Below the pieces are notes generated by a model that worked only from the letters and a program-made list of their open reading frames with translations, was not told where the DNA came from and did not search any database. The position numbers and the translations under genes are program-made. DNA of 64,000 nucleotides. Origin: an uncultured Oscillospiraceae bacterium. GTDB lineage: Bacteria; Bacillota; Clostridia; Oscillospirales; Acutalibacteraceae. The DNA is taken from assembly GCA_902492045.1 (NCBI GenBank), contig CABUKB010000008.1:7720-71719 (forward strand), written 5' to 3'. Of this stretch, positions 26,376-35,515 are shown piece by piece. Each line of letters starts with the position of its first letter. Position 1 is the stretch's first letter.

Positions 26376-26720
26376 ATGAGTATCCAGATCTTCGGGAAAT
26401 CCAAGTGTTTCGACACGGCCAAGGCGGAACGATACTTTAAGGAGCGGCGCATTCCTTACCAGCGGATCGACGTGGCAAAATACGGGATCAGCAAGGGGGA
26501 ACTGCGCAGTGTCTGCACGGCTGTAGGGGGGCTTTCCCCTCTGATTGACGGCAAGGCAAAAGGCTCTGAAATGCTCCGCTATCTCGCTTATGAAGCGGAT
26601 AAAGAGGAAAAACTGCTGGAAAACCCCAATCTGCTGCGGACCCCTATCGTTCGCAACGGAAAACAAGCCACAGTGGGATATTGTCCCGAAATTTGGGAGG
26701 AATGGCGGCAAAAAGGCTGA
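26376..26720 (+). CDS. ArsC family (YffB/Spx-like) protein
   Basis: The ORF contains IQIFGKSKCFDTAKAERYFKERRIPYQRIDV and LLRTPIVRNG. The ATG at 26376 is 9 nt after AAGGAGG. Confidence 0.8.
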   Translation: MSIQIFGKSKCFDTAKAERYFKERRIPYQRIDVAKYGISKGELRSVCTAVGGLSPLIDGKAKGSEMLRYLAYEADKEEKLLENPNLLRTPIVRNGKQATVGYCPEIWEEWRQKG

Positions 26721-26749
26721 CACAGATGGGTCCAAAGGGGGATAAAACG

Positions 26750-28378
26750 ATGGTTCCGGACAAGACGCTGGATGGTATGGCGGCGCCTTTGCTCGAGTGG
26801 TACCGCCTGCATGCCCGGCCCTTGCCCTGGCGGGAGACCCCGTCTCCTTATCGGGTATGGGTGTCCGAAATCATGCTGCAGCAAACGCGTATTGAAACGG
26901 TCCTGCCTTACTTTGACCGCTTTATGGCAGCTCTTCCGGATGTGGCCGCTCTCGCCGGAGCGCCGGAGGAGCTCCTGCTCAAGCTGTGGGAAGGGCTGGG
27001 GTATTACAGCCGGGTGCGCAATATGCAAAAAGCCGCGCGAATCGTTATGGAGGAATATGGCGGCCGTATACCCGATCAGGTGGAGGCATTGCTCCGTCTT
27101 CCCGGGATCGGGGAGTATACCGCCGGGGCCGTGGCCTCAATTGCCTATGGACGAAGGGCGGCTGCCGTGGACGGCAACGTCCTGCGGGTGTTCGCCCGCC
27201 TGACAGCCTGTAGAGAGGATATACTCCGCCCGGCAGTGAAAAGGGCACTTTCAGGGTCGGTGTTGTCCCAAGTGCCGGGGGACAATCCCGGAGCTTTCAA
27301 TCAGGCGGTGATGGAACTGGGGGAGACGGTTTGTCTGCCCAATACCGATCCGCGATGCAACGTTTGCCCGCTTCAGCCGTTGTGCCGAGGGACCGCCGAA
27401 GGGATCGCCCGGGAACTGCCTGTCCGTTCTCCAAAGAAGGCCAGGCGGATCGCGTATCGTTTGATTCTGGCGGTGGTGACGGAGGAAAACACTCCCCGCG
27501 TCCTGCTTCGCCGACGACCCTACAAAGGACTGCTGGCCGGCCTATGGGAATTGCCGGGGCTGGAACTGCCCGGCGAATCGAGTGACGGGCCCTTTTTGCG
27601 GGATATGGCGGAACAAGCGGCCTCGGTTTGGGGAATCCAGCCGGTTTCCGTACACGCTCTTGGCAAAGGCCGCCATATCTTTTCTCATGTGGAATGGCAG
27701 ATGCAGGGAATGCTGTTGACGGCGCTTCCATTCGAGCCGCCTGCAGACTGCCGTCTTGTAACGGCGCGCGAGATGGCGGAGAACGTGGCTCTGCCCAGTG
27801 CTTTTCGCGCTTATGCCTCGCTTTTGCCCATACTGTTGGCTCCCAATGGGGACGGAGGAGGGCTGAATGCTGAATTAAGTAAAGGATGGGAAAATGCCAT
27901 GAAGCGAAACGATTATCTGTCCTGGGACGAGTATTTTATGGGGATTGCCCTGCTGTCCGCCCAGCGCAGCAAGGATCCCGGCACCCAGGTGGGAGCCTGC
28001 ATTGTCGGGGAGGATAACAAAATTCTGTCGGTCGGATACAACGGTATGCCGGCCGGATGCAGCGACGATATCATGCCCTGGGACCGGGAAGGAGAACCTT
28101 TAAAGACCAAATATTTCTATGTCTGTCATGCCGAGCTCAATGCCATCCTCAATCATGGACGCACCGGCTTGAAAGGGGCCAAACTTTACACCACGCTTTT
28201 CCCCTGTAACGAATGCGCCAAGGCTATTATTCAGTCGGGAATCCGTGAGGTGGTATATTTGCAGGATAAATACGCCGGCACCGATGCGGTTACGGCGTCC
28301 AAGCGGATGTTTGAATTGACAGGCGTCACCCTTCGCGCTTACACGCCGGGCCATAAACGGCTTGTTCTGGAGCTATAA
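26750..28378 (+). CDS. mutY: A/G-specific adenine DNA glycosylase MutY fused in frame to a dCMP (deoxycytidylate) deaminase domain
   Basis: The N-terminal ~380 aa show PWRETPSPYRVWVSEIMLQQT, the HhH LPGIGEYTAGAV, the 4Fe-4S loop CLPNTDPRCNVCPLQPLC and a NUDIX-like C-domain. From M at 27899 the translation reads MKRNDYLSWDEYFMGIALLSAQRSKDPGTQVGACIV...CHAELNAI...PCNECAKAI (ComEB type). No in-frame stop lies between the two parts. Confidence 0.85.
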   Translation: MVPDKTLDGMAAPLLEWYRLHARPLPWRETPSPYRVWVSEIMLQQTRIETVLPYFDRFMAALPDVAALAGAPEELLLKLWEGLGYYSRVRNMQKAARIVMEEYGGRIPDQVEALLRLPGIGEYTAGAVASIAYGRRAAAVDGNVLRVFARLTACREDILRPAVKRALSGSVLSQVPGDNPGAFNQAVMELGETVCLPNTDPRCNVCPLQPLCRGTAEGIARELPVRSPKKARRIAYRLILAVVTEENTPRVLLRRRPYKGLLAGLWELPGLELPGESSDGPFLRDMAEQAASVWGIQPVSVHALGKGRHIFSHVEWQMQGMLLTALPFEPPADCRLVTAREMAENVALPSAFRAYASLLPILLAPNGDGGGLNAELSKGWENAMKRNDYLSWDEYFMGIALLSAQRSKDPGTQVGACIVGEDNKILSVGYNGMPAGCSDDIMPWDREGEPLKTKYFYVCHAELNAILNHGRTGLKGAKLYTTLFPCNECAKAIIQSGIREVVYLQDKYAGTDAVTASKRMFELTGVTLRAYTPGHKRLVLEL

Positions 28379-28406
28379 CGACAGTCAGGTATAAGGAGGC
28401 GGGCGT

Positions 28407-29138
28407 GTGCGAACGGTACTGATTACCGGGGCCTCAGGCGGTATCGGCCGCGCTGCGGCAAGGCTGTTTGCAAAGCAGGGGTATGCCGTGGCGGTGCATT
28501 ACCACCAGTCCCGTCAGACGGCGGAGGATCTCGTACAGGAACTGAAAGCGGCCGGGGCCGACGCGCTCTTGGTTGGGGCGGATGTGTCAGACGATGGGGA
28601 AGTGGAGCGGATGGTCCGGCAGACGGAAGCCGCTTTTGGCGAGATTTCCGTCTTTATCCATAATGCGGGGATTGCCTCACAAAAACTTCTGACCGATTTG
28701 CCGCCGGGAGAATGGAGAACCCTGATGGGGGTCCATCTGGACGGCGCGTACTATGGATGCCGGCATGTGATTCCCGGCATGGTGCGCCGGAAACGAGGAA
28801 AAATCCTTTTTGTTTCCTCCATATGGGGGGTGATGGGGGCCTCCTGCGAGGCCGCCTATTCCGCCGCGAAAGCCGGGTTGATCGGGCTGACCAAAGCTCT
28901 TGCGAAGGAATTGGGCCCCTCCTCCATTCAGGTGAATTGTATCGCACCGGGAGTGATCGACACGGCCATGTGCGCCGGGCTGGATGAGGAAACCCGCCGT
29001 TCTCTCGCGGAACAGACCCCACTCGGGCGGTTGGGAACGCCGGAGGATGTTGCCTCGGCTTTATACTTTCTGGCCTCTCCCGAAGCCGCGTTTATCACCG
29101 GGCAGGTGCTTGGGGTAGATGGGGGTTTCGGCGTTTGA
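28407..29138 (+). CDS. SDR family oxidoreductase (FabG-like)
   Basis: TGASGGIG, NAG and the catalytic YSAAK; 243 aa. GTG start 7 nt after AAGGAGG. Confidence 0.9.
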   Translation: MRTVLITGASGGIGRAAARLFAKQGYAVAVHYHQSRQTAEDLVQELKAAGADALLVGADVSDDGEVERMVRQTEAAFGEISVFIHNAGIASQKLLTDLPPGEWRTLMGVHLDGAYYGCRHVIPGMVRRKRGKILFVSSIWGVMGASCEAAYSAAKAGLIGLTKALAKELGPSSIQVNCIAPGVIDTAMCAGLDEETRRSLAEQTPLGRLGTPEDVASALYFLASPEAAFITGQVLGVDGGFGV

Positions 29139-29176
29139 CGGATGAAACCCGCATCTGTCCCAGTGGATTTGGGTGT

Positions 29177-29665
29177 CTAGCGGCTGCCTTCAATATGTAG
29201 AAAGCGCGGCAGCGCGTAGTACCAATGGGAGACCGCCCGGTTGTCGGCGTCCTCGCTGTGGGTGGCCACCAGCACATTATCGGGCGTGGGGGATTCCCCG
29301 ACTGAAACGATCAACGCCGTATGTCCAAAGGTAGCGCCGTTGTCAAAGGACAACTGCATGACATCTCCGATTTGCAGCTGAGGCAGTTCGGCCGGCCATC
29401 CGTATGGGCCGGTTTTATCGTTGGTGGTGATAAAACGGTAGAAGGGTTGGACGCCGGTCCAGGCGGGAGCCCGGTTGTTCAGGGAAGCGTAATACCAGCC
29501 GAAAGTCGGCGTATAATTCATGGAAGCCCCTCCGGCGCGCAGGCATTGAGAGACAAAGTTGGTGCAGTCTCCCCCCATATCTGAAAAATCGCTGTAAGCT
29601 GGATTTCGACTGTAAGCCCATCGGTGTGCATAGGCGACCGCCTTTTCCCGGTCATAGCCATACAT
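29177..29665 (-). CDS. putative amidase-domain protein
   Basis: The translation MYGYDREKAVAYAHRWAYSRNPAYSDFSDMGGDCTNFVSQCLRAGG...GHTALIV has a Cys/His papain-like pattern that I associate with the 'putative amidase domain' family. Confidence 0.65.
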   Translation of the reverse strand: MYGYDREKAVAYAHRWAYSRNPAYSDFSDMGGDCTNFVSQCLRAGGASMNYTPTFGWYYASLNNRAPAWTGVQPFYRFITTNDKTGPYGWPAELPQLQIGDVMQLSFDNGATFGHTALIVSVGESPTPDNVLVATHSEDADNRAVSHWYYALPRFLHIEGSR

Positions 29666-29796
29666 CTGGTCATCTCCGTCCTTTCTGCAGGAGAATGTTC
29701 GTTGTTCCATTTTATGCGGGCGAAAGGCGATTGGTTTCCGGCAACGGCGGCTATACTACCGTCGGGAAACGATATCCTGACAAAGGGGGCGGCCGG

Positions 29797-30189
29797 ATGA
29801 GGCTTTGGCATGAGGATCTGCTATCCTTTCTGCCGCGGGCACAGTTGCTCGGGCAGCACCGGGAATGCTGTGCTCTCAGGGGCCTTTCATGGGGGAAAAA
29901 ACACGCGGTGGTGGACTATGTGTTCTCTCACCCGCCCGAATATCTGATTGTGTATCATCTGAGGGTGATGATGGAGATGGCCCGCCGCGGTTACCGGGCC
30001 GAACCGAAATGGGCGTCTCCCCCATACCGGGGCCGCCGATGCAGTCCTTGGAGTATCAATGCGGCGCGGATAGCGGCGCTGGCCGGACGCCGGCCGGTCT
30101 ATCCGGAGCATGACCGCCAATACCTTGAGGAATGCTTGGATAATCTGCGCAAAAAAGGAATCAGCCTGTCCATCGGTCAATCTGAATAA
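29797..30189 (+). CDS. pyrimidine-dimer DNA glycosylase (DenV)-related family protein
   Basis: The N-terminus MRLWHEDLLSFLPRAQLLGQHRECCALRG matches, as I remember it, the conserved start of the DenV-like hypothetical family. AAAGGGGG RBS. Confidence 0.55.
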   Translation: MRLWHEDLLSFLPRAQLLGQHRECCALRGLSWGKKHAVVDYVFSHPPEYLIVYHLRVMMEMARRGYRAEPKWASPPYRGRRCSPWSINAARIAALAGRRPVYPEHDRQYLEECLDNLRKKGISLSIGQSE

Positions 30190-30202
30190 AGGAGCGATAG
30201 CC

Positions 30203-32002
30203 ATGCAGGAAACGCAAAAAACTCGCGAGGAAATTCCGGAGGAATACAAGTGGAGAATGGAAGACATTTATCCGGATACGGCGGCCTGGGAAAGGGATTT
30301 TGCGTCGTTGCCGCCCAAAGGGGATCAGATCGCGGCGTATGCCGGACGATTGGGGGATGAGGACGCCCTGGTATCCTGCCTTCTTCTGGATGAAAAGCTG
30401 ACCATGATTTTAGAAAAGGTGTACGGTTATGTCCGGATGCTGCAGGATCTGGACAACGCGTCTCCCACAGCGCAGTCGATGCAGGAGAGAGCGATGGCGC
30501 TGCTGTTTCAAATTCAGGAGAAAACCGCGTTTTTGCTTCCCGAACTGATCTCCCTCGATCCCGGCTGGCTGCGGGACGTGGTGGAACGGCGCCCGGAACT
30601 CCGGGATTTCCGTCATATGATTGACAACGTGATTCGATCCAGGACCCATGTTCTCTCTGCGAGAGAGGAGCAGATTCTCGCTATGGCGGCTCCGGCGCTC
30701 GATTCGATGGATCAGGCCTTTTCCATGATGGACAGCGTCGACCTCGGCCGTGGCGAAGTGACGGACGAGACCGGAAACCGTGTGAAGCTGACCGACGGCC
30801 TTTTTGCCCGAATGCGGGAAAGCCGGAACCGGCGGGTCAGGCAAGAGGCCTTTGAAGCCCTGCACGGTGCATTTCAGAAAATGGGCAACACCCTTGCGGC
30901 GCTTTATTCCGGGCAGGTAAAGGCGGATGTCTTTATAGCCCGGGTCCGGGGGTATGCAGACAGCCTGGATGCGGCGTTGTTCGCCGACGCCCTGCCCCGT
31001 TCCATCTATACCGGCCTAATCCAGTCTGTGCGGGCTGCACTGCCTTCCTATTACCGGTATTTGGAGCTGCGCCGCCAGTTGCTGGGGGTGGACCGGCTGC
31101 ACATATACGATTGCTATGTGCCGGTGGTGGAGATGCCGGAGGTAGAATACACCTATGAAAAGGCCAAAGAAACGGTTATTAACCATCTCGCCCCGCTGGG
31201 GGAAGGGTATATCCGCGATTTGAAGGATTTGTTATCCGGGGGCAAGGTCGATGTCTATGAGACGCCGGGAAAAACCACCGGCGCCTATGCAACAGATGTG
31301 TACGGCGTACATCCGTATATGCTGCTCAACTTTGCCGGACAGCTTGGAGACGTTTTCACTCTGGCACACGAAGCCGGGCATTGTCTTCATACGCAGTATT
31401 CCAATACGCAGCCCTATGTTAACAAGGATTATCCAATTTTCCTCGCCGAGATCGCTTCCACGGTCAACGAGAACATCCTGATGCGGGGGATGATAGCCTG
31501 CTGCGACGTATCCAAAGAGGAAGGGCGCAAAGAAAAGGCGTTTCTGATCAATCGTTACCTTGAGGAATTTCGGGGAACCGTGTTTCGACAGACCATGTTT
31601 GCGGAATTTGAGTTGGAAGTTCACCGGATGGCCGAGGCAGGAGAGCCCCTGACTGCCGAAACGCTCTGCCACGTTTATCGGCAGCTTCTGGAGGTTTATT
31701 TCGGTCCGTCTGTGGTCATTGACGACTATATGGACTGGGAATGGGCGCGAATTCCGCATTTTTACCGGGCGTTTTATGTGTTTAAATATGCGACTGGCTT
31801 TTCCGCCGCCGCCGCGATCAGCCGAAGAATTCTGGACGGAGGAGAGGTCGGCCCGTATTTGGATTTCCTGCATGCGGGAGGCAGCGATTATCCGGCCAAC
31901 ACCCTCAAACGTGCCGGCGTGGACATGAGTACTCCGGCGCCGGTGGAGGAAGCCTTGCGGGAATTCACGGATTTAGTAGAGGAAATGGAACGCCTGTTGT
32001 AA
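30203..32002 (+). CDS. pepF: oligoendopeptidase F (M3B)
   Basis: HEAGH zinc motif (FTLAHEAGHCLH) with a typical PepF length and N-terminus. AAAGGAG RBS before the ATG at 30203. Confidence 0.93.
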   Translation: MQETQKTREEIPEEYKWRMEDIYPDTAAWERDFASLPPKGDQIAAYAGRLGDEDALVSCLLLDEKLTMILEKVYGYVRMLQDLDNASPTAQSMQERAMALLFQIQEKTAFLLPELISLDPGWLRDVVERRPELRDFRHMIDNVIRSRTHVLSAREEQILAMAAPALDSMDQAFSMMDSVDLGRGEVTDETGNRVKLTDGLFARMRESRNRRVRQEAFEALHGAFQKMGNTLAALYSGQVKADVFIARVRGYADSLDAALFADALPRSIYTGLIQSVRAALPSYYRYLELRRQLLGVDRLHIYDCYVPVVEMPEVEYTYEKAKETVINHLAPLGEGYIRDLKDLLSGGKVDVYETPGKTTGAYATDVYGVHPYMLLNFAGQLGDVFTLAHEAGHCLHTQYSNTQPYVNKDYPIFLAEIASTVNENILMRGMIACCDVSKEEGRKEKAFLINRYLEEFRGTVFRQTMFAEFELEVHRMAEAGEPLTAETLCHVYRQLLEVYFGPSVVIDDYMDWEWARIPHFYRAFYVFKYATGFSAAAAISRRILDGGEVGPYLDFLHAGGSDYPANTLKRAGVDMSTPAPVEEALREFTDLVEEMERLL

Positions 32003-32054
32003 GCAAGAGAACACCGTTTTATAACGGTAGAAAACCGGCACCTGGGGGATTGTG

Positions 32055-32110
32055 GACCGCCCCCGCTTGTAGGCAGTAGGGTATGCGCATACAAGCGGGG
32101 GCGGTCTTTA
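32055..32110 (+). terminator. intrinsic terminator after pepF
   Basis: GACCGCCCCCGCTTGTA...TACAAGCGGGGGCGGTC is a 17-bp stem followed by TTTA. Confidence 0.85.
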
Positions 32111-32193
32111 CCGATATGGCATTATTCACCGACATGCCATTGATTAGTCGACTGTATGGCAAATAAGGCGCGGGGAAGGGGACTCAAATACGG

Positions 32194-32222
32194 TTGATTA
32201 TTTCGGCCCGGCGTGGTACAAT
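32194..32222 (+). promoter_or_regulatory. promoter TTGATT-17 nt-TACAAT with extended TG
   Basis: TTGATT at 32194-32199 and TGgTACAAT at 32214-32222, upstream of lepB copy 1. Confidence 0.65.
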
Positions 32223-32266
32223 CGCCTGTAGTGTTGTCCAACTCACGCCGAAAGGGGGACCGATTC

Positions 32267-32821
32267 ATGGAACCGAACAGCCTCGGAACGCCGACGGAGA
32301 AGGAGGCTTCTTCCTTGACGGCGCTTTGCTATGACATACTGGAAGTTCTGGTGGTGTCCCTGGCTTGTATCACGTTGATCTTCACTTTTATATTCCGTGT
32401 GGTTGGGGTGGAAGGCGGTTCCATGATGGATACGCTGTGCGATGGGGATCGTCTGATCCTCTGCCCCGTGCTGACCTCACCGGAACGGGGGGACATTGTG
32501 GTCATCAACCGTTACGCGGAGGATCCGCTAATCAAACGGGTGATCGGTGTGCAGGGGGATACCATCGAGGTGGATGAAACTCTCGGAAAGGTTAGACTGA
32601 ACGGGGAACTTCTGGATGAGGCTTATATCCGCTATCCGACACCGGCCTACGATATGTCGGGGGCCGTCACGGTTCCGGAGGGGTATGTATTCGTCATGGG
32701 GGATCATCGAAACGATTCGCATGACAGCCGCAGCGAGGATATCGGCCTGGTTTCGGTGAACGACATTGTGGGACAAGCGGTATTCCGGATCTGGCCGTTG
32801 CGGCGCATCGGCGTTTTCTGA
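32267..32821 (+). CDS. lepB: signal peptidase I (copy 1)
   Basis: One TM helix, the catalytic Ser box EGGSMMDTL, the Lys box LIKRVIGVQGDTIEV and GDHRNDSHDSR. Confidence 0.9.
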   Translation: MEPNSLGTPTEKEASSLTALCYDILEVLVVSLACITLIFTFIFRVVGVEGGSMMDTLCDGDRLILCPVLTSPERGDIVVINRYAEDPLIKRVIGVQGDTIEVDETLGKVRLNGELLDEAYIRYPTPAYDMSGAVTVPEGYVFVMGDHRNDSHDSRSEDIGLVSVNDIVGQAVFRIWPLRRIGVF

Positions 32822-32835
32822 GGGGGAAATCAGCC

Positions 32836-33708
32836 TTGGACGAGATGCAGAATATACAATGGTTTCCGGGGCACATGACCCGGACACGCCGCCGTATACA
32901 GGCCTGTCTTCCCCTTATTGACGCTGTGGCCGAGGTGGTGGATGCGCGCATTCCGGTAAGTAGCCGCAACCCGGAGTTGGATACGCTCACGTCCGGGAAA
33001 CCCCGGCTGGTGATACTCAACAAAGAGGATATGGCGGACGAGACGGCGACGGCCGGGTGGATGGATTGGTTCCGGGAACAGGGGACGGCCGTGATGGCGG
33101 CCGACTGCAAGGGAGGAAAAGGCGTCGGGCAGTTCATCCCTCTTTTGCGCCGTCTCCTGGCGGATAAGATTGCGCAATGGACGGCGAAAGGGATGCCTGG
33201 GCATCCGGTTCGGGTGCTGGTGGCCGGTATACCGAACAGCGGGAAGTCCTCTTTCATCAACCGTCTTGCAAAGGGGGGAAGGGCCAAGGTGGAGGACCGC
33301 CCCGGCGTTACCCGGGATCAGCGATGGTTCAACGCTGGGGGAGGGGTCGAGCTGCTGGATACCCCCGGTGTCCTCTGGCCCAAGTTTGAGGATCAGACGG
33401 TAGCGAGACGGCTTGCCTTTACGGGCGCCATCCGGGACCAGATTTTGGATGGAGAGGGCCTCGCCTGTGCCCTGCTCGATCTGCTGAGAGAGCGGTTTCC
33501 CGATGCCCTGCGGGGACGGTATCGTCTGGCCGGAGAACTGCCTTCGCCGGGGTATGTGCTGCTTGAAGAGATCGCGCGGCGCAGGGGGATGCTGATCGCG
33601 GGGGGAGAAGCGGATACCGAACGGGCGGCGACGATGCTGCTCGATGAATTCCGGGCCGGCAAGCTCGGCCGCATCACGCTGGAGCTTCCCCCGGACGATA
33701 AGCTGTAA
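32836..33708 (+). CDS. ylqF: ribosome biogenesis GTPase YlqF/RbgA
   Basis: IQWFPGHMTRTRR and the circularly permuted GTPase motifs (LNKEDM ... GIPNSGKSSFIN ... DTPG). Confidence 0.93.
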   Translation: MDEMQNIQWFPGHMTRTRRRIQACLPLIDAVAEVVDARIPVSSRNPELDTLTSGKPRLVILNKEDMADETATAGWMDWFREQGTAVMAADCKGGKGVGQFIPLLRRLLADKIAQWTAKGMPGHPVRVLVAGIPNSGKSSFINRLAKGGRAKVEDRPGVTRDQRWFNAGGGVELLDTPGVLWPKFEDQTVARRLAFTGAIRDQILDGEGLACALLDLLRERFPDALRGRYRLAGELPSPGYVLLEEIARRRGMLIAGGEADTERAATMLLDEFRAGKLGRITLELPPDDKL

Positions 33709-33723
33709 AGGTGGGCTTGAATC

Positions 33724-34278
33724 ATGCAGGAATATTCCGCAGACGCGGCGATGGAGAACGCGGGTTCGCGGCGCGTGGAGTCCCTTTATGAATGGATCGG
33801 AATGGCGGTCTCCTCCCTGATCGCCGTGGTGTTGATTTTTACCTTTCTTTTTCGCGTCGTGGGAGTGGATGGAGATTCCATGCAGAATACCCTGATGGAC
33901 CGCGACCGGCTGCTCCTTTCGGTGTTGCCTCATACACCGCAGAGAGGGGATATCGTGGTCATCAGCCGCGACAACGGGGAGCCTCTGATCAAGCGGGTCA
34001 TTGGCGTTGCCGGCGACACGATTGAAATCGACGAGGAACGGCATCAGGTCATCCTCAATGGAGAACGGCTCGAGGAACCTTATGTGGATTTTCCAACCCC
34101 TGCCTTTGATATGACCGGAGCGGTCGAAGTTCCGCAGGGGACAGTTTTTGTCATGGGGGATCACCGCGATAATTCTCATGACAGCCGTTGGCAGGATATA
34201 GGGCCGGTGCCGGTCGAACATATCGTGGGCCACGCTGTTTTAAGGCTTTGGCCTTTCAAATGGCTTGGTGATTCCTGA
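33724..34278 (+). CDS. lepB: signal peptidase I (copy 2)
   Basis: TM helix, VDGDSMQNTL, LIKRVIGVAGDTIEI and GDHRDNSHDSR. Confidence 0.9.
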   Translation: MQEYSADAAMENAGSRRVESLYEWIGMAVSSLIAVVLIFTFLFRVVGVDGDSMQNTLMDRDRLLLSVLPHTPQRGDIVVISRDNGEPLIKRVIGVAGDTIEIDEERHQVILNGERLEEPYVDFPTPAFDMTGAVEVPQGTVFVMGDHRDNSHDSRWQDIGPVPVEHIVGHAVLRLWPFKWLGDS

Positions 34279-34295
34279 GAGAAAGGGGTATAGGG

Positions 34296-34871
34296 ATGCA
34301 GTCGATGGAGCCGGCGGAAAAACACGTGCCGAAGGGTATCGACGGCGGCGAAAAGGAAAAAGCAGATGCGGTTGCCTCCTTGTATGAATGGATTGGAGCG
34401 GCGGTATTTTCGCTGATTGTCGTGGTTTTGGTATTTACCTTCTTCCTCCGGATTGTGGGAGTGGACGGCAAATCCATGCAGACGACCCTGATGGACCGCG
34501 ACCGTTTGATTTTATCCGCTCTGCCGTATACGCCGGAGCGGGGCGATATCGTCGTGATTAACCGGTATACCCAAGATCCCTTGATTAAGCGGATCATCGG
34601 AGTAGCCGGCGACACCGTAGAGATTGACGGAGAAAGCCATCGGGTCAAACTCAACGGTGAGTTCCTGGAAGAGCCGTATATCCATGTGCCGACCTATCCG
34701 GAGGGGATGGAGGGCAAAACCATCATAATTCCTGAGGGGAAAGTGTTTGTTTTGGGGGACAACCGTGTCGCCTCGCTGGACAGCCGCGCGATTGGGTTGA
34801 TCGACGTCGACGAGATCATGGGGAAAGCTGTGTATCGCATTTTCCCCTTCGACCGGATCGGCGCTTTGTAG
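34296..34871 (+). CDS. lepB: signal peptidase I (copy 3)
   Basis: TM helix, [25 protein letters not shown] and [11 protein letters not shown]. Confidence 0.9.
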   Translation: MQSMEPAEKHVPKGIDGGEKEKADAVASLYEWIGAAVFSLIVVVLVFTFFLRIVGVDGKSMQTTLMDRDRLILSALPYTPERGDIVVINRYTQDPLIKRIIGVAGDTVEIDGESHRVKLNGEFLEEPYIHVPTYPEGMEGKTIIIPEGKVFVLGDNRVASLDSRAIGLIDVDEIMGKAVYRIFPFDRIGAL

Positions 34872-34872
34872 A

Positions 34873-35499
34873 ATGGAGTGGCAGGAGGCGGCGGGTTTGA
34901 CCAACGTGGATTACGATCAGGCGATTCGGGACAGCGAGAGGGTCCGGTTTCTCTGCGGTGTGGATGAAGCGGGACGCGGACCCTTGGCCGGCCCGGTATA
35001 CGCGGCGGCGGTGATCCTGTCGCCGGACCGGATTCCTGAAGGTCTGGACGATTCCAAGAGACTGTCGGAAAAAAAACGGGAGTTTTTGTACGACCGTATT
35101 ATGGAGTCGGCGGCCGCCTGGTGCGTGGCGAGTGCGTCGGTGGAGGAGATCGAGCAGATCAATATCCTGCAGGCGACTTATCGGGCGATGCAGCGTGCCG
35201 TGGAGGGACTCACGCTCTGCCCCGATCTCGTTTTAATCGACGGAAATCGAAGACCGCCCGGATTGGCCGGACCGGTTCGAACGGTTGTCAAGGGGGACAC
35301 CTTGTCGGCCAGCATAGCGGCGGCGTCTATTCTGGCCAAGGTCAGCCGGGACCGCTTGATGGCCGAGCTGGACCGCCAGTACCCCGAATATGCGTTTGCA
35401 AAGCATAAAGGGTATGGGACGGCCCTGCACATAGAACGGATTCGATGTTATGGGCCGTCGCCCGTCCATCGGCTCAGTTTTTTGAAAAAGATCGGGTGA
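34873..35499 (+). CDS. rnhB: ribonuclease HII
   Basis: [14 protein letters not shown] catalytic motif and DSKRLS; 208 aa. Confidence 0.93.
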   Translation: MEWQEAAGLTNVDYDQAIRDSERVRFLCGVDEAGRGPLAGPVYAAAVILSPDRIPEGLDDSKRLSEKKREFLYDRIMESAAAWCVASASVEEIEQINILQATYRAMQRAVEGLTLCPDLVLIDGNRRPPGLAGPVRTVVKGDTLSASIAAASILAKVSRDRLMAELDRQYPEYAFAKHKGYGTALHIERIRCYGPSPVHRLSFLKKIG

Positions 35500-35515
35500 A
35501 TAGGGGGGAGACCGG

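Noticed and set aside
32830-34233. A 467-aa minus-strand ORF.
   Set aside because: It is antisense to ylqF and lepB copy 2, which have unmistakable motifs. Its Arg/Pro/His-rich composition marks it as an artefact.
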